In this document: piece by piece, positions 49,790 through 63,509 of the stretch
Layout of the letters: each line of letters begins with the position of its first letter
Numbering within the stretch: position 1 is the first letter of the stretch
Source of the DNA: Mobula hypostoma
Taxonomy: Eukaryota
Assembly (NCBI RefSeq): GCF_963921235.1
Contig: NC_086098.1
Coordinates: 8,308,001 to 8,372,000 of the forward strand
DNA length: 64,000 nucleotides
Reading direction: 5' to 3'
Made by a program: the position numbers and the translations under genes
Notes under the pieces: generated by a model
The model's input: only the letters and a program-made list of their open reading frames with translations
Told to the model about the DNA's origin: nothing
The model's database searches: none

Positions 49790-50435
49790 TAGAAACATAG
49801 AAAACCTACAGCACAATACAGGCCCTTCAGCCCACAAAGCTGTGCTGAACATGCCCTTACCATAGAACTACTTAGGCTTACCCACAGCCCTCTATTTTTC
49901 TAAGCTCCATGTATCCATCCAGGAGTCTGTTAAATGACCCTATCATTTCCACCTCCACCACTGCTGCCGGCAGCCCATTCCACGCACTCACCACTCTCTG
50001 CGTAAAAAACTTACCCCGACATCTCTTCTGTACCTACCCCCAAGCACCTTAAAACTGTGCCCTCTCGTGCTAGCCATTTCAGCCCTGGGAAAAAGCCTCT
50101 GACTATCCACACGATCAATACATCTCATTATCTTTTACACCTCTATCAGGTCACCTCTCATCCTCCGTCGCTCCAAGGAGAAAAGGCTGAGTTCACTCAA
50201 CCTGTTCTCATAAGGCATGCTCCCCAGTCCAGACAACATGCTTGTAAATCTCCTCTTCACCCTTCTATGGTTTCCACATCCTTCTTGCAGTGAGGTGAGC
50301 AGAATCGAGCACAGTACTCCAAGTGGGGGCCTGACCAGGGTCCGATATAGCTGTAGCATTACCTCCCGGCTCTTAAACTCAGTCCCACGATTGACGAAGA
50401 CCAATGCACCATATACCTTCTTAACCACAGAGTCA
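49790..50435 (-). mobile_element. CR1 3' part, same subfamily as 55921-59295
   Basis: High identity to 55930-56575. (TTTCTATG) tail. Confidence 0.9.
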
Positions 50436-50439
50436 AGGT

Positions 50440-50832
50440 TATGTCACCTTCCTCTCAGCTTGAACCAGTCTGGCCATTCCCCTCTGACCTTTCTCATTAA
50501 CAAGGTGTTTTCACCCAAAGAACTGCTGCTCACAGGATGCTTTTTGTTGTTTTTACACCATTCTTTGTAAACATTAGAGACTGTTATGTGTGCAAAATCC
50601 CACAAGATCGGCAGTTTCTGGAATAATCAAACCACCCCATTTGGCACCAACAATCATTCCACAGTCAAAGTCAATTAGATTGCATTTCTTCCCTATTCTG
50701 ATGTTTGGTCTGAATAACTGAACTTCTTGACTTGCTTCTTGCTTTTATGCACTGAGTCACTGCCACATGATTGGCCAATTAGATATTTGAATTAGTGAGT
50801 AGGTGTACCTAATAAAGTGGCAACTGAGTGTA
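50440..50832 (-). mobile_element. Tc1-like remnant
   Basis: Ends CTAATAAAGTGGCAACTGAGTG-TA. Reverse complement of 34041-34436. Confidence 0.75.
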
Positions 50833-52464
50833 TATCCCTTGTCTTTCATCACCAGAGTCCTATAAATTCATGCATAATTATGACACATGTGTCTCTCTGC
50901 AGAGAATTGAGAAGCTTTCTGAAAGTCACGTTGGCAAAGAATTCAATATGATTGATGTAGGCAAATCCGGAACATGGGAGCAGTGCTGTAAAATAACAGT
51001 TTATTATTCAGAAATGAGACCACTAGACACACTTTTACACAGAGTGGAGCACAGGTCTGGGGTCATCTCCCTTCCAGGTGGATAACTTTGGGGCGCTTAA
51101 ACCTTTACTAGCTTGACATTGAAGGTTTTGTGTTGGATATTGTACTACAAAGTTCAAAGTTCAGTCACTTTTTTAACAAAGCATGAGATTCATTATCTCT
51201 CATGCATTCATGGTAGAACAAAGAAATACAATAGAATCAATGAAAAACTAATGACAAAGACTGACAGGCAACCAATGAGTTAAAGAAGATAAACTGTGCA
51301 GATACAATAATAATAATAACAAATAAGTTATTAAATAATACTAAGAACAAGAGTGATAGAATACTTGAAAGTGAGTCCGTAGGTTGTGGAGTCAGTTCAG
51401 AGTTGAGGTGAGTGAAGCTGTCCACGCTGGTTCAGGAGCCCGATGGTTGAGGGGTAATTACTGTTCCTGAACCTGCTGCTGTGGGACCTCAGACTCCTGT
51501 ACCTCCTTCCCAATGGCAGCATCAAGCAGGGAGCACAGCTTGAATAGTGGAAGTCTTTGATGATGGATGATGCTTTCTTGCGCCAATGCTCCTTGTAGAT
51601 GTGTTCTGTGGTGGGGAGGGCATTTCCTGTATGGCACTGGGATGTAACCACCACTTTCTGGAGGCTTTTTCATTCTTGACCATACCAGTCCGTGAAGCAA
51701 CCAGTCAGGATGCTCTTTACTGTGCTTCAATAGCAGGTCAGACTTTTAGATGACATGCTGAACCTGCACAAACATCTAAGAAAGTAGTACTGTTGTTCTG
51801 CCTTCTTTGTAATAACACTTATTTGTAGGTCCCAGAGCATGTCGGGCGCATGTGGGCGCAGACACATCCAGCCGTGAGACATCAGCAAGGTCATTTGATT
51901 CCAAACAACTGGTCTGTTGGTCATTACAGAATGTCTCGCTGGTGCTTTCTGCTCCTCCCCTCTTCCGTCCCCTTTTCCTAATCATGATTCCCCTTTCCCT
52001 GCTCACTTCCCACTCTCAGTCCACAATAGAGACCCGTATCAGAATCAGGTTTATCATCACTCACATATGTAATTTTTTTTTGCAGCAGCAGAACAGTGTA
52101 ATATGTAAAATTATCACAGTTCTGGCCTGTTAAACTACTTCAAGATCAATCTAACACTTCCCTCCCACATTTGAAATGTTCACAATCCTCTTAAAACATT
52201 AAATATTAAGGACACAATAAATCGGCAACTAATCCTTCGGAATTGCAATTGAAGATGCGCAGGAAATCTTAATCATGCCGGTGATCCGAATTGATAAGCC
52301 AGTGCACAATTCAGACCATTTTGTGAAAACCAGTATTAATTGTACCAACAAAGAGGAAAACAAAACTATGATGCATAGGGCATTGTGGAAGACCTGAACT
52401 GTATTCAGAACTCTTTCACTGGAAGGACTAATCAGTAAGAAAAAAATCAAAATTCAGTCCTTTA

Positions 52465-53000
52465 TCATAGAACACTACAACACAGAAACAGGCCCTTCAG
52501 CCCATCTAGTTCATGCCTAGTCTCATCGACCTGCACCCAGACCATAGCCCTCCATACCCCTCCCATCCATATACCTATCTAAATTTCTCTTAAGTGCTGA
52601 AATTGAACCTGAATCCACCTCTTCCACCGGCAGCTCATCCACACCTACACAAGTCTCTGAGTGAAGAAGTTTTCCCTTCAGGTTCCGCTTAATCATTTCA
52701 CCTTTCACCCTTAACACGTGACCTCTAGTTCTAGTCTCACCCAACCTCAGTGGGGAAGAACTTGCTTGCATTTACCCTATCTATATCCCTCATAATTATG
52801 TACACTTCTGTCAAGTCTCCCTTCATTGCCCTACGTTCCACGGAATGAAATCCAAATCTATTCAGCCTTTCCCTTTCACTCAGGTCCTTAAGTCTTGCCA
52901 ACATAATTGCAAATTTTCTTTGTACTCTTTCAATGTTATTGATAGCTTTCCTGTAGGTAGGTGACCAGTACTCCAAAATTTGGCCTCACCAAAGCCTTGT
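52465..53000 (-). mobile_element. CR1 3' fragment
   Basis: Encodes IERVQRKFAIML and ETRTRGHVLRVKG. Confidence 0.8.
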
Positions 53001-53844
53001 ATGAGACAAATTATCCTTTGCAGATTGTAGCTATTACAGTCTTATTTGTAACCAGAAATGGGGTAACAAGGCTACAAAAGTCAGGTGATATTTTCATGAA
53101 TTAATCATGGTTTCAACGCACCAGCAGAGCTGCTGCAGGACATTTATAGTTCAGCCTACTGTTCTTAATGTGGAGTTATTTCATTGTAATTATATTAATT
53201 CTAAATGAAATTGTTCAAAGTTCAAAGTTTTTATTTGTTTTTATTTATTAAGACAGCGCAGAATAGGCCTTCCAGCCTTTCGAGCCGTGCCACTCAGCAA
53301 TCTCCTGATCACGGGACAATTTACAAGGACCAATTAACCTCCCAACCAGTATGTCTTTGAACTGCGGGAGGAAAATGGAGCACCCGGAGCAAACCCACAT
53401 GGTCACAGGAAGAACATGCAAACTCCTTACAGACAGTGGCAGGAAATGAACCCAGGTCACCTGATTGTGCTAACCACTAAGCCACCGTACCGGTGTAAAC
53501 CATACCGAAGTTTAAGGTAAAGTTATTATCATGATCACATACAACCCTGAGATTTGATTTCTTGCGGGCATACTCAGTAAATCTAAGAACCATAATAGAA
53601 TCAATGAAATACTGCACCCAACAGGGTGGACAAACAATCTGCGCAAATACAAAAGAAAAAAACAAATAAATAATAATAATAAATAAATAAGGCAGGATTA
53701 TCAGGAACAGGAGATGAAGAGTGCTTGAAAGTGAGTTAATAGGTTGTGGGAACAGTTCAGTGATGGAGCGAGTGAATTTGAGTGAAGTTATCCCCAGTGG
53801 TTCAAGAATCTGACAGTTGAGGGGCAATAACTGTTTGAGGTGTG

Positions 53845-54340
53845 GTATCTGCCAAGCTCGGCAAATAGCTTACAGACCTTTCATCACCAGCCGAGGTGAC
53901 ATCCGCTGTGCGCAGTTGTTTGTGTTTCCCTCTGGAACTGCTCGCTTTTCTATAGCCCACCGCACCCCCACCCACGTTCACATGACACTGATTGGTTACC
54001 TCTTCAGTTGACCTTTGAAAATTCTATTGGATTGCATTAGGGGTTTATAGATGGAGTCTACTTCAATATGCCTGTGTTCAGGGTTATCAGAAGAGAACCA
54101 CACTTTTAAAAATCCTCGTGTCCGTCTGCGGCAGAACCTCTGTGGGTGTCCCAGTTAAAGCGGAGTCCTTCTTGGCATTCATGTACCAAGATCAGCAACA
54201 GTGGATCATGTCTCCGTACCACCGGTCTGTATTCCCGTGAACGAGTTGAGAGTTTACGTCCTGTCTGGACAACGTAGCTTTCGTTGCAGTCTCCACAGGT
54301 GATCCGGTACACCAGGTCACTTTTGTCAGTTTTCTTTACC
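53845..54340 (-). mobile_element. Penelope-like (Poseidon-type) GIY-YIG remnant with decayed hammerhead-bearing end
   Basis: ORF 54106-54312 reads VYRITCGDCNESYVVQTGRKLSTRSREY..H..FNWD. Minus-strand GGATGTCACC..GGTGATGAAAGGTC hairpin at ~53870-53905. Confidence 0.75.
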
Positions 54341-55920
54341 GGTAACTTGTTCCTGAACCTGGTGGTGTGGGTCCTGTAAATTGTGTGAAATCACCTACAG
54401 GGCAACAGTGTACAAATTGCTTAATTTAAACTACTAGAAAATAAAAACAAAATTGGTAGCCATAGCTTTCAAATGAACAAAATGCTTCGTACATTCTTCA
54501 TACTGTATCTGGATGGATTAAAAAATAAGATTCAAGATTCAAGTTTATTTGTCATATGGACATCAAACACACAGTGAAATACATCATTCACGATAACAAG
54601 CATAACAATCGAGGTGTGCTGAGGGCAGGTGTCGTCACTCTTTCTGGCACCAACATAACATCCCCACAATGCTTGGCAGAACAAGACCAAACACAGCAAA
54701 TAACAAAACAACAGCAAAAACAAGCCCCACTCCTTCCTACCATCTTTGCACATGCACAGTTCTTAAGGGTTCTTTTGCCTCCAGCATCCAGCGGACATGT
54801 GCTCAGCTCTGCAGACACCAGGCTTCGACCCCACATGCAGACTCACAAAGGTTTGCAAACTCTGCTCTAACCAATGGGCCTGGACCTCTGGACTTTTGAT
54901 TAGACCCATAAGTCTCGATCCCAGGAGACACTGATCGCCAGATGTTAGGCTTCAAATTCCAGACTCACCGATAAGTGCAACCCTGAACATTAGGCCTCAA
55001 ATTCCAGTACTACCGATTTATGAATCCAGGTGGTCATTGGAACTTGTTCGTCTTGCCCTCGCAGAACTCCAACTCTGGAACATGACAACGTATGAACAAT
55101 AAACGAATATAAATAATTCCAGCTTCATTTTCAGGGTCAGGCCTACCAACAGAGTCCATGTCCTGTCCTTCTGGATGTAAAACTGCACAGTGGATAGCTT
55201 CACATTAACAGAGGAATACAGTTTTTATTTGGCCAAACTGAGGGAGAATTGCAGAGAGCACTTCCTTAACAAGTTAATTTTATATTTTCTTTCTTCTTCC
55301 CAGGGGGTGACACCTGATTGATTCATTTGCCTGTCAAATACAAGAATCAATAGGCATCTTATAGAGAAAAAACTTTAAGGCTTCTGTATGAACCGTATTG
55401 TGTAAGAGTCCCAGGCTGTTTGAGATCTCTGCACAGCACTGCAGTAATTTTATGTATTACATTGCACTACTGCTGCAAAAAAAACAAATTTCATGACATA
55501 TGTGAGTGATGATAAACCTGATTCTGATATGGGTCTCTGTTGTGGACTGAGAATGGGAAGGGGGCAGGGAGAGGGGAATCATGATTGGGAAAAGGGGAAG
55601 GAGCGGGAAGCACAATAGACACATTATTCTGTAATAATCAATAAACCAATTGTTTGGAACCTCTCCCATCCATACATTTACCCAGACTTCTCTTAAATGT
55701 TGAGATTGATCCTAAATCCATCACCTCCACCGGCAGCTTCAACCACACTCACACTACCCTCTGAGTGAACATATTCCTTCCTGCGTTCCCCTTAAATATG
55801 TCACTTGGTACCCTTAACCTTCATATTTTTTAGTATTTTGAGAGCATCAGGAGAACTCTGAGAAGGTATTAACAACCTACAATGTAACCCACACAAGTGC
55901 TGGAGGAACTCAGCAGGTCA

Positions 55921-58900
55921 TAAAAACACAGAAACATAGAAAACCTACAGCACAATACAGGCCCTTCAGCCCACAAAGTTGTGCTGAACATGTCCCTACC
56001 TTAGAAATTACTAGGGTTATCCATAGCCCTCTATTTTTCTAAGCTCCATGTACCTATCCTAAAGTCTCTTAAAAGACCCTATCGTATCCACCTCCACCAC
56101 TGTTGCTGGCAGCCCATTCCACGCACTCACCACTCTCTGAGTAAAAAACCTACCCCTGCCATCTCCTCTGTACCTACTTCCCAGCACCTTAAACCTGTGC
56201 CATCTTGTGGCAGCCATTTCAGCCCTGGGAAAAAGCCTCTGACTATCCACATGATCAATGCCTCTCATCGTCTTATACACCTCTATCAGGTCACCTCTCA
56301 TCCTCTGTCGCTCCAAGGAGAAAAGGCCGAGTTCACTCAACCTATTCTCATAAGGCATGCTCCCCAATTCAGGCAACATCCTTGTAAATCTCCTCTGCAC
56401 CCTTTCTATTGATTCCACATCCTTCCTGTAGTGAGGCGACCAGAATTGAGCACAGTACTACAAGTGGGGTCTGACCAGGGTCCTATATAGCTGTAACATT
56501 ACCTCTCGGCTCCTAAATTCAATTCATGATTGATAAAGGCCAATACACTGTATGCCTTCTTAACCACGGAGTCAACCTGCGCAGCTGCTTTGAGCGTCCT
56601 ATGGACTTGGACCCCAAGATCCCTCTGATCCTCCACACTTCCAAGAGTCTTACCATGAATACTATATTCTGCCATCATATTTGACCTACCAAAATGAACC
56701 ACTTCACACTTATCTGGGTTGAACTCCATCTGCCACTTCTCAGCCCAGTTTTGCATCCTATCTATGTCCCACTGTATCCTCTGACAGCCCTCCACACTAT
56801 CCACAACATCCCCAACCATTGTGTCATCAGCAAATTTACTAATCCATCCCTCCACTTCCTCATCCAAGTCACTTATAAAAATCACGAAGAGTAAGGGTCC
56901 CAGAACGGATCCCTGAGGCACACCACTGGTCACCGGCCTCCATGCAGAATATGACCAGTCCACAACCACGCTTTGCCTTCTGTGGGCAAACCATTTCTGG
57001 ATCCACAAAGCAATGTCCCTTGAATCCCATGCCTCCTTACTTTCTCAATAAGCCTTGCATGGGATACCTTATCAAATACCTTGCTGAAATCCATATACAC
57101 TACATCTACTGCTCTTCCTTCATCAATGTGTTTAGTTACATCCTCAAAAAATTCAATTGGGGTCATAAGGCATGACCTGCCCTTGAAAAAGCCATGCTGA
57201 CTATTGCTAATCATATTATGCCTCTCCAAATCTTCATAAATCCTGCCTCTCAGGATCTTCTCCATCAATTTACCAACCACTGAAGTAAGACTCACTGGTC
57301 TATAATTTCCTGGGCTATCTCTACGCCCTTTCTTGAATAAAGGAACAACATCTGCAACCCTCCAATCCTCCGGAACCTCTTCCGTCCCCATTGATGATGC
57401 AAAGATCATCGCCAGAGGCTCAGCAATCTCCTTCCTCACCTCTCACAGTTGCCTGGGGTACATCTCATCTGGTCCTGCTGACTTATCCAACTTGATGCTT
57501 TCCAAAAGCTCCAGCACATCCTCTTTTTTAATATCTACATGCTCAAGCTTTTCAGTCTACTGCTAGTCATCTCTACAATCACCAAGTTCCTTTTCTGTAG
57601 TGAATACTGAAGTAAAGTATTAATTAAGTACCTCTGCTATTTCCTCCAGTTCCATACACACTTTCCCACTGTCATACCTGATAGGTCCTATTCTTTCACG
57701 TCTTATCCTCTTGCTCTTCACATACTTGTAGAATGCCTTGGGGTTTTCCTTAATCCTGCCCGCCAAGGCCTTCTCATGGGCCCTTCAGTCTCCCCTAATT
57801 TCCTTCTTAAGTTCCTTCCTATTAGTCTTATAATCTTCTAGATCTCTAACATCACCTAGCTCTCTGAACCTTTCATAAGCTTTTCTTTTCTTCTTGACGA
57901 GATTTACTACAGCCTTTGTACACCACTGTTCCTGTACCCTACCATAATTTCCCTGTGTGATTGGAAAGCACCTATGCAGAACTCCACACAAATATCCCCC
58001 GAACATTTGCCACATTTCTTCCGTACCTTTCCCTGAGAACATTTGTTCCCAATTTAAGCTAACAAGTTCCTGCCTGATAGCCTCATAATTCCCCTTACTC
58101 CAATTAAATGTCTTTCTAAGCTATCTGTCCCTATCTCTCTCCAATGCTATTGTAAAGGAGATAGAATTGTGATCACTATCTCCAAAATGTTCTCCCACTG
58201 ACAGATCTGACACCTGACCTGACTCTCTCCAGTAGCCTTAGCAAACCTCCCAGCCAGGATATTGGTCCCCCGGGATTCAAGTGCATCCCGTCCTTTTTAT
58301 ACAGGTCACGCCTGCCCCAAAATAGGTCCCAATGCTCCAGAAATCTGAATCCCTGCCCCCTGCTCCAATCCCTCAGTCACGTATTTATCCTGCACCTCAT
58401 TCTATTCCTATTCTCCCTGTTGCATGGTACAGGCAGTAATCCCGAGATTACTACCTTTGTGGTCCTGCTTCGCAACTTCCTTCCTAACTTCCTGTAGTCT
58501 GTTTTCAGGACTTCCTCCCTTTTCCTACCTATGTCATTGGTACTAATATGTACCACAACCTCTGGCTGTTCTCCCTCCCACTGCAGGATATCATGGACAC
58601 GATTAGAAACATCCCAGACCCTGGCACCTGGGAGGCAAACTATCAACCGAGTTTCTTTCCTGCGTCCAAATAATCACCTGTCTGATCCCCTAACTATAGA
58701 GTCCCCTATCACTACTGCCTTTCGCTTCCTTTCTCTACCCTTCTGAGCTACAGGGCTGGACTCTGTGGCAGAGGTACATCCACTGTCGCTTCCCCCAGGT
58801 AGGCTGTCCCCACCAACAGTACTCAAACAGAAGTACTTATTGTTCAGGGGGACAGCCACTGGGGTACTCTCTAGTACCTGACTCTTCCACTTCCCTACCT

Positions 58901-59295
58901 ACTTCTCTGTCTCCCGTGGCCCTAGTGTGACCACCTGCCTATAACTCCTTTCTGTCACCTCCTCGCTCTCCCTGACCAGACGATGGTCATCCAGCTGCAT
59001 CTCCAGTTCCCTAACGTGGTCCCTTAGGAGCTGCAGCTCGACACACCGGGTACAGATATGGCCATCCGGGAGGCTGGAAGACTCCAAGACCTCCCACATA
59101 TGACACCGAGCACAGAACACTGGCCTCACACACATACATCCTTTCTGCAATTAACACAGGTAAACTTACCTCACCTCGTCCCGCTGGATATGGCGGGCTT
59201 CTTTTTAAACTTTTCCTGCTCTACTAGCTGACGTCATGTGCCTGCGCAGTCTTGCCTCTCTTTACCCCGAGCAGTAAAATGCCTTCGCTCTGGAA
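55921..59295 (-). mobile_element. 5'-complete CR1 LINE with ORF1 (zinc finger/coiled coil + SGNH esterase) and ORF2 lacking most of the endonuclease
   Basis: ORF1 pieces CARCHMWEV..HICTRCVELQLL, VVIGDSIVRG and CLPGARV..VVVHISTND. ORF2 pieces NYRPVSLTSVVGK, GVPQGSVLGP and ISKFADDT. Deletion junction at ~58216-58222. Inserted inside a Penelope pLTR (55880-55920 / 59296-59600). Confidence 0.95.
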
Positions 59296-62200
59296 ATCCG
59301 GGCAACATCTATGTAGAGGAATAAACAGATCACATTTCGGGCTGAAAACCTGCATTTGTACTGGAAAGGAAGGAGGAAGAAGACAGAATAAGAGGGTAGG
59401 GGATGGTGAAGGTGTACAAGCTGGCAGGTGACGGGTGAGACCAGGTGAGGGAGGAAGGTGAAGAGAGAAGCTGGAAGGTGATAGGTGGGGAAGGTAAAGG
59501 GCTGAAGAAGAAGGAATCTAGCAGGAGAGGAGAGTGGACCATGGCAGAAAGGGCAGGAGGAGGGGCAACAGAGGGAGGTGATAGTCAAGTGAGGAGAATT
59601 CCGGTAAGATGGCAGTGTGTTCAATCACAGCAGCTTCTACGGGGCAAGAAAGAGTGCTACCGTCCTTTAAAAATGTACTTTTTATTATGACGGGATCGTG
59701 CTAGACATTAAGAGCTTAGAGTTCTGCAGGTCTACCCCATCAGCGAGTTGCTCTTTGCTCGAGAAGCTGAAGGAGCTGGTCTTGGTGCGGATTGTGATGC
59801 TGTTTGCTTCAGAAGGGCTTTGGGGGAGCCAGTGCACGGAGCAGGCTGCAGCTTAATAGCGAATGACCATCTTAGCCTCATTTCCTGTGATCACATGATC
59901 CTTTTGGACTATGTTAGTGTGGAATGCTGCAAGTCCAATTCACTGATTTATTGATAGAAGGCAGGGTCAGACGGCGGAGAGCTGTGTGATCTCACTCATA
60001 GCGAGGACCAGGCCTCAAGCTGCTTACAGCTGCCTGGAGAGAGGTGTCAAGACCATTGTGCTCGACTAGGGGCGGTGTGCTGCAGAACAACATCCAGACA
60101 TCCAGGTTGAAGTCAGTGCCGCCTCCCCTGTGCTCACTCGGCAGAAGGCAAGTTGGATTGTGGTTGACTGCAGATCTCTGCAGCATTCGTGGACACAGGG
60201 TCTGGACTACTTTTTTTCCCATGGCTGTATTTTACTGATATCTTCCATGTGTTTTCTATCTTGTATGTGCTATGTGTGCTTTGTGATACTGCTGGTACTG
60301 TGTTTCACACCTTGGCCCAGAATAACAGGGTCCCATTTGGTTGCATTCATGGATATCCATTTATGCCTGAAGGACAATTAAAACTTGAATTGAGAAGGTG
60401 GATGCAAGAATGTGGAATGGAAATGGGAAAAGCAGGAGGGTGAATTGTGCACCTTGATCTTAGATATCATCCATGGAATGAGATAGGACCAGTATTGATC
60501 GAACATTTCTACTTGGTTTAGAACTATGGGATTTGCCCTCTCATTCTAGAAGAACTTTTAAGATTCAACCACATCTGAGTCACAAAGAGGTCAGACCATA
60601 AAAAGTGATAATTTACTTCTCTGATGTACGTTAATAAGCCAAATGGACTTAACTACCATCTTATGGTTTTGTGGTCATCATTACAGATGTTAGCCATTTA
60701 TTCCACATTTATTTAATTACTGAGAACTTTTAGCTATTGTGGAAGAAGAGGGAAGGGGGAGAGGGAGCAATCTACAATGCACAGTTCAGAGTTCTCAGAC
60801 AACTACTTGTCAGAACTTTATTAATCTTTCCTTTTATTTCGCCACAGTAGACTGTGTCCTTTAACATGTAGTTACTGCTTTCTCTGTTTAATTGCTATAG
60901 GCAAGGATTGACAGGTAAAAGAGAATCATACTCTCAAGAACTTTCACAGCTTTTGCACAGATCTCTTGTGGCTGCAGAGTTCAGTTCTTTGGGCTGGCTC
61001 CTTCATAATGATGTATAACACATTTTACAAAATCTGGCAAGTGTGGCCTAACATTAATTAACTAATGCAAATTAGCATTAAATTTCTAATTTAACCTTGA
61101 TCAGATGCTTATCTGTTCTGTCCACTCTTGTGCCTAGAAACAAAATTAAAATAATTCTGCATTGATTCGTACATTGAGTGGAGGGAGGGAAGGTGGTCTT
61201 TCAAAATCCCAATCCCAATCCCAATTAGAGAATATGGACATATGGAGAATAATATGGACATTATTTTACAATAACAGCTTAAACAAATCTTAATAACTAA
61301 TTTAAATTATTTTGGATAACGTGGTCATTCCATCAGTGACCAACTGTCACAGATAAAATTTATAATGCTCTAAAACAAAGAAAGGACAAAGTATGTCCCT
61401 TTTCTAATCTTCAGCAAAACCTCCCAAACATACAATTTCCATCAAAGAATGCGAAGATCAGTAAATGGATGGGAACATAGTATTTCAAAGTACAACACAA
61501 CTGGGACTTGCATCTCCATTCCTGTATGGTCATACTGCGGTCATACAATAGCTTAATAGTTCCATTTACTATCAGAGAATGTATACAATATACGACCTGA
61601 AATTCTTGTTCTTCACAGACATCCGTAAAACAGAAGAGTGCCCCAGAGATTGTGTCAGTAAAAACATTGGAATCCTAAAGCTCCCCTGCTCCACCACTCA
61701 CATGCACAAGCAACAGCAGACCGATTCTCACCCCTCCCACACTTAATTCAGCAAAAAAGCATCAGCACCCTCTACCCACCAAGCAAACAAAAGCAAAGCC
61801 ACCAAAAAAGACCATGATCTGCAGTACAACAAAAACTCAACAATTCAACATATGACAGGCTCTCTCTCTCTCTCCCTAATAAAGGGACAGAGAGGTGTCA
61901 CATAGGTGTCACACAGTGAGAAGGGAGAGTAACAAGACCAAAACATAATCTCTAATTTCAATGTTGAAGTCTGCCGCATCCACCTTTTTTTTCCCGAGTT
62001 TTCCAACTCGAGAATCAATAGTAGACACTCCTCCACCAATAAGATACAGAGAGAATGAGAGATCAGTTCGCTGTGTACAGAGAAGTCTGACAGCTGATCC
62101 GCTGTTCTCAATATTCCGTTTTCTCCCACGATATTTCATTCGGTAGCACCAGCTTAGAATCTGCTCATCCCCAAGGCCGCAAAACCTTGGAACCCTGATA

Positions 62201-62334
62201 TCCCAAAAAACAGCTGGTTTGTGAGTTCTGGGAGCATGTCCCTTTGCTGCAAAGAACCAAAATTTGAATTCCTTACTAAACAACATTATAAGTGGTTCCT
62301 TCACTAGACAAATGGCAATGTTACATACAGTCAA

Positions 62335-63400
62335 AGAGTCATAGAAAAGTACAACACAGAAATAGGCCCTTCGACCCATCCAGTCCATGCTGAACCGTTT
62401 AAACTGCCTACTCCCATAGAACTGCAATAGAACCATAACCTTCCATTCCCCAACCACCCATGTACCTATCCAAACTTCTCTTAAACGTTGAAATCAAAGC
62501 TCACATGCACCACTTGTGTCGGCAGTTCATTCCGCACTCTCGTGACCTTCTACGTTAAGAAATTTCCCCTCATTTTCTCCTTAAACTTTTCACCTTTCAC
62601 CCTTAACCTGTGACTTCTGGTTGTAGTCGCATCCACACTCGGTGAAAAAAGCCTGCTTGCATTTACCCTATCTATACCCCTCATAATTTTGTACACCTCT
62701 CCATTCTCCTCTCAGTCTTCTACATTCCAAGGAATGAAGTCTTAACCTATTCAATTATTTCCTAATAACTCAGGTTCTCCAGACCAGCTAAATCCTTGAA
62801 ATTTTTTTCTGTACTCTTTCAACCTTGCAGAAAGAAGAGTTCCTCCATTTTGTTTGAATGGTGCCAAAGGTGGGCAATCAATGGTAGACCATACAACAGT
62901 AAGACATTGGAGCATGATTTAGCCATTTGACCCATCAAGTCTGCTCCGCCATTCCATTGTGGCTGAGTTATTATTCCTCTCAAACCTATTCTCCTGCCTT
63001 CTCCCCATAAACTTTGACGCCCTTATTAATCAAGAACCTATCAACCTCCACTTTAAATATACACTTGTGACTTGGCCTCCACAGTCATCTGTGGCAATGA
63101 ATTCCACAGATTCACCATCCTCTGGCTAATGAAATTCAATCTCATCTCTGTTCTTCATGGACGTCCCTCTATTCTGAGGCTGTGCCCATGTGACCCTCTG
63201 TAATTCCCTTATGCCACTGTGATACTGATACATCTAATATTAGCATCTCCCCCTCAAGCTGCAGAGTGAATTCTATCACATTATGATCACTTTCTCCTGA
63301 GGGTTTCTTTACCATAAGCTCCTTAATCAGACTCATACACAAGCTGCTCTAAAAAAACCATCGCATATGCATTCTACAAGTTCCTTTTCTTGAGAAGACA
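62335..63400 (-). mobile_element. Cluster of CR1 fragments (62335-62825, 62885-63190, 63190-63400)
   Basis: 3' UTR and C-terminal similarity to 1428-2110 and 41095-41310. Confidence 0.75.
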
Positions 63401-63509
63401 GTCTAACAGTGGCCATACCCTGTGAAAATTAAATACCAATGATGTTCCACAAGTTTTTACTGTATACTCTGACTGAAACAGAAATACACCTGGAACTACC
63501 TGGAGTAGA

